DNA of 59,434 nucleotides, counting the filler, from Basidiobolus ranarum (lineage: Eukaryota): assembly GCA_040143965.1 (NCBI GenBank). It is 3 parts of 3 records of this genome, joined end to end, with 100 filler letters (N's around TTAATTAATTAA, not from the genome) between each part and the next. Parts side by side here need not be neighbours in the genome. Positions count along the whole stretch, not along the records: positions 1 to 19,784 come from JASJQH010000242.1; 2 more parts are not named here. One strand, 5' to 3'. Under the pieces are notes generated by a model. It ran no database searches. It worked only from the letters and a program-made list of their open reading frames with translations, and had not been told where the DNA came from. The position numbers and the translations under genes were made by a program. Below are positions 1 to 12,653 of the stretch, piece by piece. The first letter of the stretch is position 1. Every line of letters starts with the position of its first letter.

Positions 1-505
1 GACAAAACTATAAATGTCAACTTTCTACTCAATAAATCAATAAGTGAAAACCACCAATTCCTCTAATTCTCCAAACCACTTCCAACAGGCTCCCAAATAC
101 TTTAACACTTATTCTTCAGCTTTTTTTGTTTACCTCCTGACAAAACTAGTAATGTCAACTTTCAACTGAATTAAACAACAAGTGAAAATCACCAAATATT
201 CTAGTTCTCTAAACCACCTTGTATAAACTCCCAAGATGCTCTAATAACAAAAGATATTGTAGACAGCTGACACCAGAGATACATGTGAAAACCAATCATA
301 TGCTAATATTGCAATGACTTTAGTATCTTCATATTTTTGTATATTTTCAAAATATGTGTTAAGGAACATATTCTACACATTTGTTTGTTTACATCTTGAC
401 AAAAGTATAAATGTCAACTTTCTACTCAATAAGTCAAGAAGTGAAAACTACCAATTTCTCTATTTCTCCAAACCACTTCCAATGGGCTCCCAAAATACTT
501 TAATA
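1..505. repeat. Dispersed repeat family A, three diverged copies at the contig start
   Basis: The core GACAAAACTATAAATGTCAACTTTCTACTCAAT...AAGTGAAAA...AAACCAC recurs at 1, 139 and 398, and again at 19727 and 24248. There is no CpG in 1-793. Confidence 0.9.
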
Positions 506-1425
506 GTGTATAGGAACTGGAAAAACTGTTTACCATAAGAGGAATGAAAGAGGGAATCATATATGCAATAAAAGTTATAAGTTCACTGAGGAATGTAGTA
601 ACTTTACATATTAGTATATTATTGGGAGCTGATGAAATATGGAATGGAATGCTCTCCACATATTCATGATAGATCAACTAGCAAGAGAAGTACTCAGTTG
701 AAGCATAAGAATTTTTGTTTACAGGTCTGGCAAGACAAACCCTTGTATTCAACATGAGGGAGGTATTTCATCATATGCAAGTTGTTTTCTGCTCGTTATA
801 ACCAAGAGTACACTATATCCAATTCTAATCCATTTTATCACTGAAGACTATGTTCACATTAAGATATGGATTTGATGCGGTTGATCATTATATAACTTTT
901 GAATGGTAATTTGCTATTCTCAACACTTTCTTTACAGTTATAGTGTAGAAGGCAGGATCTCTTATGGATTCGCTTGTAACAATTTGACCAATTTAAGATT
1001 GGGTCCACACCTGTTCCATAGAACTAGATTGAAGTAGTTGAGCAAGATTTAAATGCGAAGGAATTTTGAAACATTATGTATATCAATTAAAGAAAATGTC
1101 ATCATATTCGCGAAAAATGAAGAACCATTTGACAATATACATATAAGAATATTCACGTATATATGGTAATAATATCCCGATTTGTATATGCTAGAATGAA
1201 TAATTCTATGATTGACCAGTATAGAGTATATGTGGTGAATATATTAATGAAATTCATTACCTTGTAGATAATCCCATTTCATCCACTTTCTTTACTAGAG
1301 TGCCAGTAATGGAGCACTCTAAAGGTAGTCCTCAAGAGGACTCAATAATTTCCGTAGCTAATAAACCTCGAGGTTCCATCCCAAGTATAATTTTTTTTAC
1401 TGGTTAAATTCAAACGGAATAAACC

Positions 1426-2691
1426 ATGACTTCTAACTCAATAAGGAATATTTTAGGTTCATATGATAAGAAATACCACAAGCTCAGTTTAACTTCAGGT
1501 AAATGTACATAAAAGACTTATACTTCTATAAAGAACCCCATATTTATCATCAAATTTACTTTATAGAAAGTTCCATGAAAAAACCTGGACGTAAGCCAGT
1601 TGCTACTGTACCTAAATCGGTATTTAAACCAACCATTAGTATAGTGAAGAAGAGGGATAAAGTGAACCACTTTAACGGTCTATCTATGAATCTAGAAACG
1701 ACAAATGCAAAACCGTGAAGCTCAAAGAATCTATCGTGAACGAAAAATACTGGAACAACAAAATTTACTGGATAGAATCGACGAGTTAGAATCCATTGAA
1801 ACTAGCAGTCAACAAGAGAATAGACAATTAAAAATTTATGCTAAAGAACTTAAAGCACAAAACGATCGATTACAAATCACTTTAAATACTTTATATGAGA
1901 AGAAGCGAAAGTCTCTTCCATTGGAGAAGGTAAAGTTGAAGAATAAAGAGACTAGATTCTATTCACCAGAAACTTTTCGATATACGACCCTTAAAATACC
2001 CCCTTTGAATTCACGAGTGATTAGTTTGAAACCCGGTACGGTTGTTTGAGTGTTCATGATCATATCGATGGATGAATTAACCCTTTTCTTTTTCGTATTA
2101 GCGGAAGTTCGAAGTACTGCACCTAAACTTTCAACCATCGAATTTCAATCTCTTATGCATATGACAGAATCATCTAAATTCAAGATAGAGGCTGAGCCGA
2201 GTACACCCTCAACCTTAATATCCCTAGAAACAACCTCACCAAACCCAACTGTATCCATATCACAAACTCACAGTGAAGCTAGCATCACTCCAAGAAAATT
2301 GACACCTTTGTCTTCTCTTAATGTATCTACTAATGATACTGCTACAAGCATTGATAGAGGTGATATTGATACAGCACATACGATGTCTCCATATGAATCA
2401 ATATCTCCAATGACATCCCTGGACATTGTTCAGTCACCCCCCTCTATTAGTACAAGCATGATGTCAGCGACACCCATTGCAAGTGTACCAAATCCCTCGG
2501 CACTAACGGACTTGACTGAATTGAATTTGGAGGATAGTGCATCAGTCGAGTATTTGGATCAATTAATACTATCATTACATGAATTATGTAAAGAGATGAA
2601 AGAGAAAGCCAGCACATCTTCGGAAGCATTTGAATTTGAATGGCCATGTTCAGAGATAAATGATAAACTAGAAAAGCTCAATAAATTTTGA
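1426..2691 (+). CDS. Yap/AP-1-like bZIP transcription factor (4 exons: 1426-1498, 1567-1619, 1696-2035, 2102-2691)
   Basis: GT-AG splicing joins the ORF fragments in frame and gives KKPGRKP...SKRQMQNREAQRIYRERK followed by a leucine zipper. The C-terminal LCKEMKEKA...CSE resembles the Yap1 c-CRD. Confidence 0.85.
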
Positions 2692-2962
2692 AAGAATTTT
2701 AATTCCCAAGTGATAAAGGTGGTTCCTTTCGGAGTAAATTTTGGATTTTTTAATGCTTTACATGTTTTGGGAGGAATCGACTAGAGGAGATCCCTCAATA
2801 CCTACTCTATAGAATGTTATTTGGTAGAAGTGTTATGGAAATGGTGGTGATGGTGGATATTTTTGGGTTGGGCATCATGAAGTTTAACACAAATTTAATT
2901 TCTTTTGGATTATATATTCAGTGTTGCTCATAAAATTGGTGGGGGGGGAGAGGAGATTCTGT

Positions 2963-4587
2963 TTAGTTGGTGATTTCTACTTGGGCAATTTTACCGGATT
3001 TCTTTTCACGGAGAGTGGCTTGAGTCTTACCAGCCTCATCAACTTGAATCATGAGTTCAACCTTGGTCTCTCCAGCCTTGGTGGCAGGAAGTTCAGATAA
3101 CACAAGTTCAGCTAAAAGAGTGGGTTCAGCATCTTGGGATTGTTCCTTCTCGTAGATGGCTACGTATACTTCAGTTTGATCATCAACGGAGGTAGGAAGC
3201 TCAACGGATCTGTGAAGGGGAAGGGGGGTGGCGGCACTAACAATGGGGAAGAATTCCTTCTCATGAACAAGACCGATGGCCTTGGAGATGTGAAGAACAT
3301 TGGTGACTTCAGGAGTAAGATAAGTCTGGTAGTGGGACTCATCATCACCCAAGCTGGAAATCAATTGTGCTTGAAGAGCACATCCAACAGCAATGGCTTC
3401 ATCGCATTCAACATCAGTACGAATAACAGTGGATTCAGGGAAGACATCACGAAGTTTGAGTTGTAATTTAGGAACACGAGTGGAACCACCGACCAAAAGA
3501 ACTTCATCAATTTGGCTAGCTTGGAGACCATTATCTTCCAAAATCTTCTCGACGTCATTCAAGAATTGGCTGAAGATCTTTCCGGACAACATCTCGAATC
3601 TCATTCTGTTGAGGTTGGAGTGGAAATCAAGTCCCTCAGCCAAAGATTCGACTGAGCAAGGAGCAGAGGGGGAGCTTGACAAGGTACGCTTGGTGATCTC
3701 ACAGGCGGCTCTGAGCTTGTTCAAGGCACGCTTGTTGTTGGAGATATCAATGTTGTTCTTGCGCTTGAATTCACCAGCGAAATGGTTGACCAAAGTTTCA
3801 TCAAAGTTCTTACCACCCAACTCGTGGTTTTGAGCAGATCCAAGGATGGTGTAAACACCACCTCTGGCAGCGAGAATGGTAAGATCAAGGTTATGACCAC
3901 CCAAATCAGCGACGAGGACAGTTTTATCATCAGCATCCTTTCTGGAAGCCTTTTGACCAAGGTTGAAGGCAAGGGCAGCGGCAGAAGGCTCGTGAATCAA
4001 TTGCAACATATGAAGACCAGCAGCCTCAGTGGCTTCCTTGAGCTCATCTCTTTGCTTTTCGCTGTAGTAAGAAGGAACAGCCATGACAACACCGTCAACG
4101 GTCTTACCAATGTAATTTTCAGCAGTTTGTTTCAAAGTGATGAAGAATTTAGAAGTGATCTCCTTAACGGTGAATTTGGTTTCAGCATCCTTGAAGTTAA
4201 CTTCAAAGGCGGGGTGACCTTCCTTTTCGGTGACGTTAGTAGTGGTTTGAGCATAAAGCTTTTGAACTTGTTCAAGTTCTTGTCCTAAGGCATTTCTGAA
4301 TTCCGAAATGGTATTTTGGGAGTTTCTAAGTTCTTGGTGCTTGGCAGGAGTACCGCAGAACTCTTCATCACCAGAGAAAGCAACAATGGATGGGATCATA
4401 CGATCACCATCTTCATTAGCAATGACCTCAGCACGACCCTCCTGAAGGAAGCCAAGTCAGATTAGTTCATGTTAAAGGATTACTACGAAATATAACATAT
4501 TCAAACCTTGTTCAAGATAGAGATACAAGAGTAGTAGGTACCAAAGTTGATACCAATGACAGTGGGGGTGTTCTCAACGTCAGACAT
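2963..4587 (-). CDS. SSZ1: Atypical Hsp70, ribosome-associated complex subunit Ssz1/HSPA14-like (intron 4442-4506)
   Basis: Spliced N-terminus MSDVENTPTVIGINFGT...EGRAEVIANEDGDRMIPS, with Hsp70 NBD motifs (IHEPSAAALA, DLGG, VLLVGGSTRVPK). The substrate domain is short, with no helical lid or EEVD. Confidence 0.85.
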
Positions 4588-5906
4588 CTTGAATATATAT
4601 TATGGGGTTGGAAACTGAGCTGGTGGCAAAGTAACGGATTGACGAAGTGGCGATATAATATGAGATTGCACCACTTTTTTTTCATGTTTTTTTTTCCCTA
4701 TTAAAAGTTTTTTTCTTTCCCAAATTCGGGTCCCTCCGGTGATTTGGGTAAAAGGTAGCATAAAGTAAAGCCACTTTCCTACCAATGATTCGATACCAAG
4801 TTGGCAACGGAATCTCGCTTATATTTAATCATCAATAAGTTAGTTTAAACAACATTCAACCCGTGATGCCGCTCTAAAAATGCATTCGAACCAAAGATCT
4901 AAAATCTCCGAAACATACAGTACTTATGGATAAATAAGCTGAATGGAGTGTGTACGCAACCCAACGTTAGAATATTCCATTGTAACTTTACGAGTTTAAT
5001 GGGCAGCCTAACCTAATCGACAGGTACCAATTTAAATCTCAACATCAACCAGCTCTAGACCAATAGTACATATTTGTGTATGATGCCATCAATATGCGAT
5101 TAAGCAATAGAAATTCCCATGAAAGTTAACCGCAATGATGGTATATGACGAGCTCATAATCCCACTGAGGCTAGAATGGAAAGGCGTGTACCAATATAGC
5201 CCTCCATGTACGCTTTCATCTCTAACTTGTCCTATGGTTTGGCTATCTAGATCTAGAGTATTATGTATGGAATTTCATCCATCGATTTTGTTTTGATGGT
5301 ATAGGTCAGTGGCAAGTGCAGATGCAGGAAATTACTCTGAACTGCAAATGTCCCATTTCTATTGGTGAACCCTTAAATCAACTATGAACTTAGTCTTGTA
5401 CCACCTCCATAGCCTATTTCTCCGAACAAGATTCGGAACTTCATTCGGCAAAGGGTCCCGCCTCACCAATCTGCATGGGTTGAAAGTTAGGTAAGACGGC
5501 ACTCTGCTTCTACTAAGGGACAGTGGAAGTTTGTGATCATTAGTAAGAATTTTTGTATTCATAATTCAACCAGTTTTCCCGAAGACCGATCGGTGGCTGT
5601 GAGAAATTGTGGCTTTTTACACTAATGATTGGCGTGTGGAAGACAGCTAGTACTGAGACACTGGTAATAGATTTCAATCGGGAACATTTCCACTGGCAGA
5701 TCTCAACATTCATCATTCTTACAATGGACTAGTATGATGACTTTAACCTTAATAGCGAGATTTCTTCGGCATGAAGGTGATACACTCTATGATTGGGTAG
5801 AAGTTGGAATTCCCAATGAATATAAAAGACGCCTCGATGGTGTTGAAAGGAGAATCAACAACGAAATTCATAATCACTAGTTGAAAGTCAACCTAGATTT
5901 TCATTC

Positions 5907-6749
5907 ATGCTACTACAACAATTTGACAACCAACCATTTCCCCTAAGTACGACTATGAACATTCCGGGAATGAAGACATCATTTGAGCCACCCACCATTC
6001 TCTTCGATGGTAAGATACCTTTCTCTTGATTTAATGATGACTTAACTAACCACTTTAACCCCAACCTCTTCCATAGAGACTACCAATCTCACTTATGACA
6101 ACATCGCCACTTTACTTGGCTCACCTAATCTAAACTGTCCCAATCTTCTATCCTCTATCACTAACGAACCTACTACCACCGAGTCATTCCCGATAGAATT
6201 TCAAGAGTATAATCGGGAGTCTTATGAACAAGCATCAGTTTCACCCAATCGAAAGCGCTCTAGACAGAGTCAATCGGAAGAAAGTGAGAGCAGTTCAGAA
6301 GTTGGTGATGATGGTACCAGGTAAATATCAAGAGAGATCGACCCACGTTAAATAAGCCACTAATGAACCCATTCTATCCAACAGTTCCAATGTATCCAAT
6401 GCAGAAATTCGTCGACAAATACACATTCAATCTGAACAAAAACGACGTGCACAAATCAAGGATGGTTTTGAAGAATTAAAACGACACATACCCAACTGTA
6501 GTAATAAAAAGATCAGTAAAGCCACCATTTTAAAGAAAAGTAAGTGTAATTTCCATTCCCCTTTATTCTATTCAAGGACAGTATAACTTATACGATTACT
6601 TCAATTTAGCTGTTCAACATTTGGAACAAGTGAAAGAAGTGGAACTTGCCTTGACTACACAACTTCAACAGATGAAAGCTGAAAATGAAAAATTACGTAG
6701 ATTTTACGAAATGGTAGCCCATGAGAAGGCCTATAACATTGGCCTGTAG
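5907..6749 (+). CDS. bHLH-leucine zipper transcription factor, Mlx/Max/Ino4-like (exons 5907-6009, 6077-6320, 6385-6539, 6610-6749); absent from the ORF track
   Basis: Manual splicing gives RRQIHIQSEQKRRAQIKDGFEELKRHIP...KKISKATILKKTVQHL...LQQMKAENEKLR. All three GT-AG introns keep the frame. Confidence 0.9.
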
Positions 6750-7057
6750 CTCCATTCATTCATATCTTTGTACATTCTTTTCACCTTCAACTTGTTCAAT
6801 ACTATTTTGTTGTTTGTACACACTTCATCTGCATACACTTCCCTACCCTTTTGTACACCACCAATATTGTACTATAAAATGAACTTAGCTACGACTGGAT
6901 AAGGGAGGTTTAACCTAATCCTAAATAAATACTTCACTAAAACTGACTGCGGTAAGAGAAGCCAAGAATAGAACTACGGAGTAAAACACGGTCAACGTTC
7001 ATTTTATTGTCAAGTCTAAAGGTACATACAATGAATGGTGGATATCCTGGTTCTATA

Positions 7058-7732
7058 CTATAATTCATAATTCTCGTCTTCACGAGGTGTCGCATGTATC
7101 TTTCTATTTTGATAAGCTTGGCCCAAAGAATAGGCCAAATTACCAAGCAGAGTGATTCCGAATACATCTTTAAAGGAAGGGATCTCCTCACACGGGTCTT
7201 CTCGAGTCACTAGGGAATCAGTATTCAGTGAGGAATTGGTAAAGAAACGGAGTTCATTTGGAGAAACGATAGTGATAGACACCAGAGGAAGCTTAGGAGG
7301 GAGTGAATGTTCCCAAGTAGAATCAGTAGAGATACTAGAAGTATCATCGCAGAGCTCCGGAGAATGATCTCTTGAATTCACTTTTAATTTACAATAAACC
7401 TGTTGATAATGAACCAACTCCAATGGTATATAAAGGAATTTTCTAAAATGAATGCTATCCGTGGACCACAATCGATTAAGTTTCTTAATTTGTTCTATTG
7501 GAACGTTGTAAAGTAATGAGATACCAGCAAATGTGTCCCCTTTTTTTATCCGGTGTACGATCACTTTTTTCTCTTGTTCACTCGAAGTGGAATATTGCAT
7601 GGTGGTGGTTAGGGCTTCTTGAATCTCTCGGGTAATCTCTTCGTCTCGTTTCTTTTCTTCAGTGTCTGGTAGATTCATAGGGCACAGAGGATCCACAAAA
7701 GCCGATGAAAAGTGATGATTTGTAAGGAGCAT
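7058..7732 (-). CDS. Single-LysM-domain protein (LysMD-like, no signal peptide)
   Basis: HRIKKGDTFAGISLLYNVPIEQIKKLNRLW...FLYIP matches the LysM pattern. Confidence 0.85.
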   Translation of the reverse strand: MLLTNHHFSSAFVDPLCPMNLPDTEEKKRDEEITREIQEALTTTMQYSTSSEQEKKVIVHRIKKGDTFAGISLLYNVPIEQIKKLNRLWSTDSIHFRKFLYIPLELVHYQQVYCKLKVNSRDHSPELCDDTSSISTDSTWEHSLPPKLPLVSITIVSPNELRFFTNSSLNTDSLVTREDPCEEIPSFKDVFGITLLGNLAYSLGQAYQNRKIHATPREDENYEL

Positions 7733-8605
7733 CTTGATGAGTGGTGAACGGTAAGTAATGAGTGTTCAAATACCTCCCATTATTTATATGTATCCCCAAT
7801 CTGGCCGTTCTAACCATATTTGGTGGAGTCAGGGATATGGTGAGCGTTATGGTGGATGGTGGATGATGTTAGTGATGAGTTATGGGTAAGGAGATTTGAT
7901 TTCGCGGGGTTAATGATAGCAAACTTTACATGTACTTAATCTGGTATAGTAACCCTATTAGATGTACATATACGTAAGTCAAATAAGCTTGCTTAAAGTT
8001 TGTTGTTCCTTTATGTATTCTGCATCCTGTGCTCTGTGTTCTATGTTCTGATTATTATTCCATGAGATCATCTTATTTTATCACTGGCCCTAACCGTCTT
8101 TACTCTCGCCTTCACTTTCACTCTCACCCTCACCTAATCATAATACACATAACTCGTATTGTTAGGTTTCAAATGAGAAAGTTTTGTGTTATGATGATCC
8201 GGTGCCCAGTACTGACCCTGCATTAAGAATAGAATGCATGATTTGTATAAGATGAAAATCGATAACGGAATCGGTAGAAAATCCATTCATGTCATGTCAT
8301 TTTAACAACCCATGCATGGTTGTAAAAGGAATAGATTTCTAACTGTAAATGAAGATATTCCATGAGATTTATCCAATTCATTTCCTCCCTACATAGTATA
8401 GCATATCCCCAGTTCAAAGTCTACCATTAAACGAAAATATTCAGGAGAGACGTGTAAACACTGCTTCGAAGTATTCTTAGAAAAGAGGATTCGGGGTGGA
8501 GTGGGGAATTTATTCTGGTTTTATATTTATATTTACAGTTACAGTTGCAGATAGATGAACACTATTCACATCCCAGCAGATTGAATTAAATGTACAAAAT
8601 GAAGA

Positions 8606-11600
8606 TTAGCTATCTTTCATTTGATGTGGTCGCTTATTTTGAAATAATAACATTTGATTAGGACGTTGAGTGATTCTTGTACCATCCAAACGAATATTTA
8701 ATTTGGTTTCTCCAACAATCCCTTTCACTAGTTCAATAATCACCTCTTCTTCAATCGAGAATTCCAATAATGCCCACGAGTAGGTGTAGTATGTAGTTTG
8801 CATAAAGCTATTTCTTGACTCGGCTGGTAGTTCTTGAAGAACAAAGTCACATAACAATTGACGTATCCCAGTAACTGAAGGGAGGTACCTAGGCATGGGT
8901 GATTTGGTGCGTAGTGCTCCAGAGACATTGTATAGATTGAGGATGAGAATGCTCACCTAAAACAACCAATATCAGTTAAGGTTCAAGAACGTAGAGATAT
9001 TTTTATCCTAAACATGAAACTTACCAACTCTCGGCGATACTCATTAATAGGCATCATGTATTTCTCGTGATATTCTTGAGGTAACTTGTTGAGTGTACTC
9101 CGGATAACCAAAGTGAGATCAAGCATATGCTTTAGTCGGATTAGAATCTCTTCGTATACTTCTCTTTGGAATGGACCTCGAAGTCTCGGTTCAGCGGCTG
9201 ATTTATCGAGAAGTGCTTGAGCTTTCACTAAACTATGGAATACCTTGGTAAAACTATATCGAAGTTCCTTTTGAATACAACGATCTTCATCTTCCGTATT
9301 GTGAAGATTGAATAGAGAGGAAAGAACATGCGTATTCAGATTAAATATATGGGAAAGCTCCAAGCGAAGCTCTACACGTGCAATGTAAGGCGAGATGAGT
9401 GAATGAACAAGGAATGTCATCAATATGCCGGTATCAACTGCTGCTATTCTCGTGAGTGCAATGATCGAGACGTTCGTTTCTGTCCTTCGATACACCCATT
9501 CATTGAATATAATCACGACATAGGCAGCTAATGACACTGATCCCACTTTGTTCAAAGGGTTATGAACAAAGAGGTACCACAGAGGGAGACTGAAGAGTGT
9601 GAAGCACACAGGAAGTGCGTACTGAATACCACGGCTTATCTCCCAAACGGCAAGTCCCCAAAAACCTCCAAGAATGGTCCCAATAAACCGCTGGACCCCA
9701 ATGGTAAGTACAGCACCGATAGCCACGTTGGACACGATGTTGGCAGTAATGAGAGACCATTGTCCATGGTTTGACGAGTACCACGACATCGAGCTGTCGA
9801 AATACGCAGGAAGTGATAAACAACCAAAAATGACAGTGAATTTGAATGCGTAAACGACGTGATTTGTCCCAGACCATCGTAAAAATTCCCATATCAAGCG
9901 CCTAAAGGTTCGTTTGTTCTCTTTTTCCTTTTGTATTTCGTACAAATATGTTCCGATGGACTGTCGGCGTACCGGGACTGATTGTATTTGAACTGATCGT
10001 GTACGATTACGCAAGCCAGACCTTTCTGATTCTAATACTGGATTCTTCTCGCAGACTACTTCAAGTCTCTGCGTACGATTTTCAACGCGATCCTCTCGGG
10101 TAGCACTTAATAACATTTCATCTTGATCGTCTTCATTCATCGTACCTTCGCTCCCATAAATATCTAATCAAAATCCATCCGTTTAGTAACAAATTAGAAA
10201 GAAGATGTCAATATTTACTCTACCTTTATGTGCACGAATTTCTTTCTCTTTTCGTGAATCGTTATGCAACCACTTGGAGAAAGAGACCTTGGGCCACCAG
10301 AGTCGCTTCCGCTTACATATATTTGGTCGAAATTCCTCTTTAGATTCCACAATCTGTTGCACCGAAACAATCACTTGTTTGAGTGAATACATATAGGCAG
10401 AAGCGATCAGAATGGAGTCGTTGGAATCATCACCATTTGCCGCTGCATGAAGTTCCTCACTAACTGTGGTATGAATGAGTTCAAATTTATTCAAGGCATC
10501 CGCTAGTAGTTGACTGGTAGTCACGCTCTCATCCACTTGTTGGGGAAGTTTTTCTTGTGGTAAAGCCATGGAAGGTTGGTGCTGATCACTCAAAAGTTCA
10601 AAAGTTACAATGAGTCTATTGATAGCTACGACGACACTAAGTATCAACTCAGGAGTATGTTTGATCAATATATCCAAGTGCAAGCGTATGAGTTTTTCAT
10701 TGTTTCTTGATACTTCCAAATCATGCATATTCACACCATATAGATCAATATTGGTACTTCTATGTATTTCACTATCGTTTCGCATCTTCTGACCATCTAG
10801 AACACTCTTCAGTAACATTCGTAAGTGATGTTGAAGCTTCACCAAAGTACCCACTGATCGAACTATTTGTCGAGGATCGATTTTGCCGTAGGTAATTTCG
10901 TATCTAGCTTGACGAAACATATCTGTCAATTTATACATAGTGGCTTGGATATTCCGGATTTTGTACTCTAACTGGTAGGATTGTACCACATCGTAGTCCG
11001 TAGTTTTTAGGGCTTCTGGGAGTTTGGAAAGAACCTCACGAGATTGTGTAAGAGCAGAGACCATAGTATTGCTATATAAAATTCACAAAGGATGAAGTTA
11101 GCCATCACTCAATCGAACGAAAAATCTCCATGAAATTCAAGCAATAATTACCAAACCAGAGCGGTAGAACTTACAGGCCAGAAGATGAAATTCACCAGGA
11201 GTGTAATTAAACAACCGATTAACTGCAAGATAATAAATTTGCATGGGAAGATAAAGCTAAAGTGGGATTCGTCTATGTGTAAGGTAAATAGATATAGTGG
11301 TGGGATGAATCCAACCGTCCAAAATACCGCTAATTTGGGGAACTTGGCTTTGCCATAACCAAATAAAAACGCTATGGTTAATATGAATACGAAGGCTATC
11401 CATCTTCCACTTGGTACACCAATAGTTCGATTAGCCGTCGTGAAACAAGCCATTCCAATGGCAGAGAACCCAAGTCCGGTAATCATTCCAAATGTCGCCA
11501 GAGCAAAACTCTCAATATGAGAGCCCAAGGGAAGGAACGGAGGAGTAAATATAGCCATCAAGATACCCAGGTATCCTAACGAGCCGAAGTAATCAGTGAC

Positions 11601-11720
11601 CGGAGTTAACATGTAAAGGTAAGAGGTAATGAGATACGAAAGCATCCCTTTGAAAATGGCATGCCATTGCCGTTTAGTGGGCCTCCAAAAAAAGACTGAC
11701 GGCAGTCTCCAATAATTCAT
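8606..11720 (-). CDS. FUSC/aromatic acid exporter (ArAE)-like multipass membrane protein, paralog 1 (4 exons)
   Basis: Two hydrophobic blocks (..LLVNFIFWPVSS; YAFKF..HGQWSLIT..QRFIGTILGG), EPRLRGPF and GALRTKSPMPRYLPS motifs. The four ORF pieces are joined by short GT-AG introns. Confidence 0.85.
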
Positions 11721-11752
11721 TTTTTCATCTGACTCTAAACTGGAAACCAGAG

Positions 11753-11812
11753 CTAGTACATTGTATTTATAGTAAATATCTACTAGTACATTGTATTTAT
11801 AGTAAATATCTA
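11753..11812. repeat. Perfect 30-bp tandem duplication just upstream of transporter paralog 1
   Basis: CTAGTACATTGTATTTATAGTAAATATCTA occurs twice. Each unit contains TATAAA on the minus strand. Confidence 0.9.
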
Positions 11813-12653
11813 CCGAGAGTGTGTATATAATTTAACAGACTGTCCAATCAAATGCTTGAGAACCATATCGCATGTCCCGATAACTATACTGTGGATTTCT
11901 ACGATTGTCATGAAAGTCCAATTTACCCAGAATAGAAAATGAGAATGGAACACAAGTGCTCGATAGAGCTAGTGCTACTTTCGTATTTTCATTGGCAGAA
12001 TTTGTTTGTTATGCACTTGGTGCTAGGAAAAGAATATTCCCTTGGATGATGGCCAATGAGATCTCACCTAGCTACCCAGCTTTATCTTGTCACATTCCTC
12101 AGAAAGGATTTACAGTATGTGACAAGTAATTATACCAATCCAAATCTAAATTCACTTGGGGATTATTAATAGGTATCCAGTTCAAATCCAGTACATATCC
12201 AATACATATCTGAATCCACTTTCAGAATTCGGGAGTTTAAATTCTACCCAGAAAGCAATGATAAGTGTTCCCGAATACTAGTTTGGTTAGCCCTCGTGCT
12301 GAACTTACATCCGGGAAATATGGCTTCCATCGAATATTCTTCACGGAATCCCTAAATGCTTCATGTCTTACGGGTGCTTGGTTCAGGGAGTATACGGGCC
12401 TCTTAGCGAGTAGTAGAGTCAATAAACAAGCCATCCGATGAAAGTGTTGATCTATTGGGGCGTTGCGTTGACTTTTTTGTGCACTAACTTCAAACACTAG
12501 CATGAAAGTCACCATGGAAAAGAAAAACAACATCCACTATTTCCGACAAAAAAATTGGAATTTTATTCAGGTTTATGGTTTATGTAAGTCAAACATCTAA
12601 TTGTTGAATATCTATGTTTCTAAATTGGTAAATGTACAAAATCGAATCTTCTT

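Noticed and set aside
605-760. YYWELMKYGMECSPHIH as a Helitron Rep HUH motif
   Set aside because: Only a PHIH resemblance, with no other Rep or helicase motifs nearby.
3134-4288. Long plus-strand ORFs antisense to the Hsp70 gene
   Set aside because: These are shadow ORFs produced by codon bias of the real minus-strand gene and have no recognisable motifs. The same applies to antisense ORFs over CysRS, the repeat protein, the LRR gene and HEM2.
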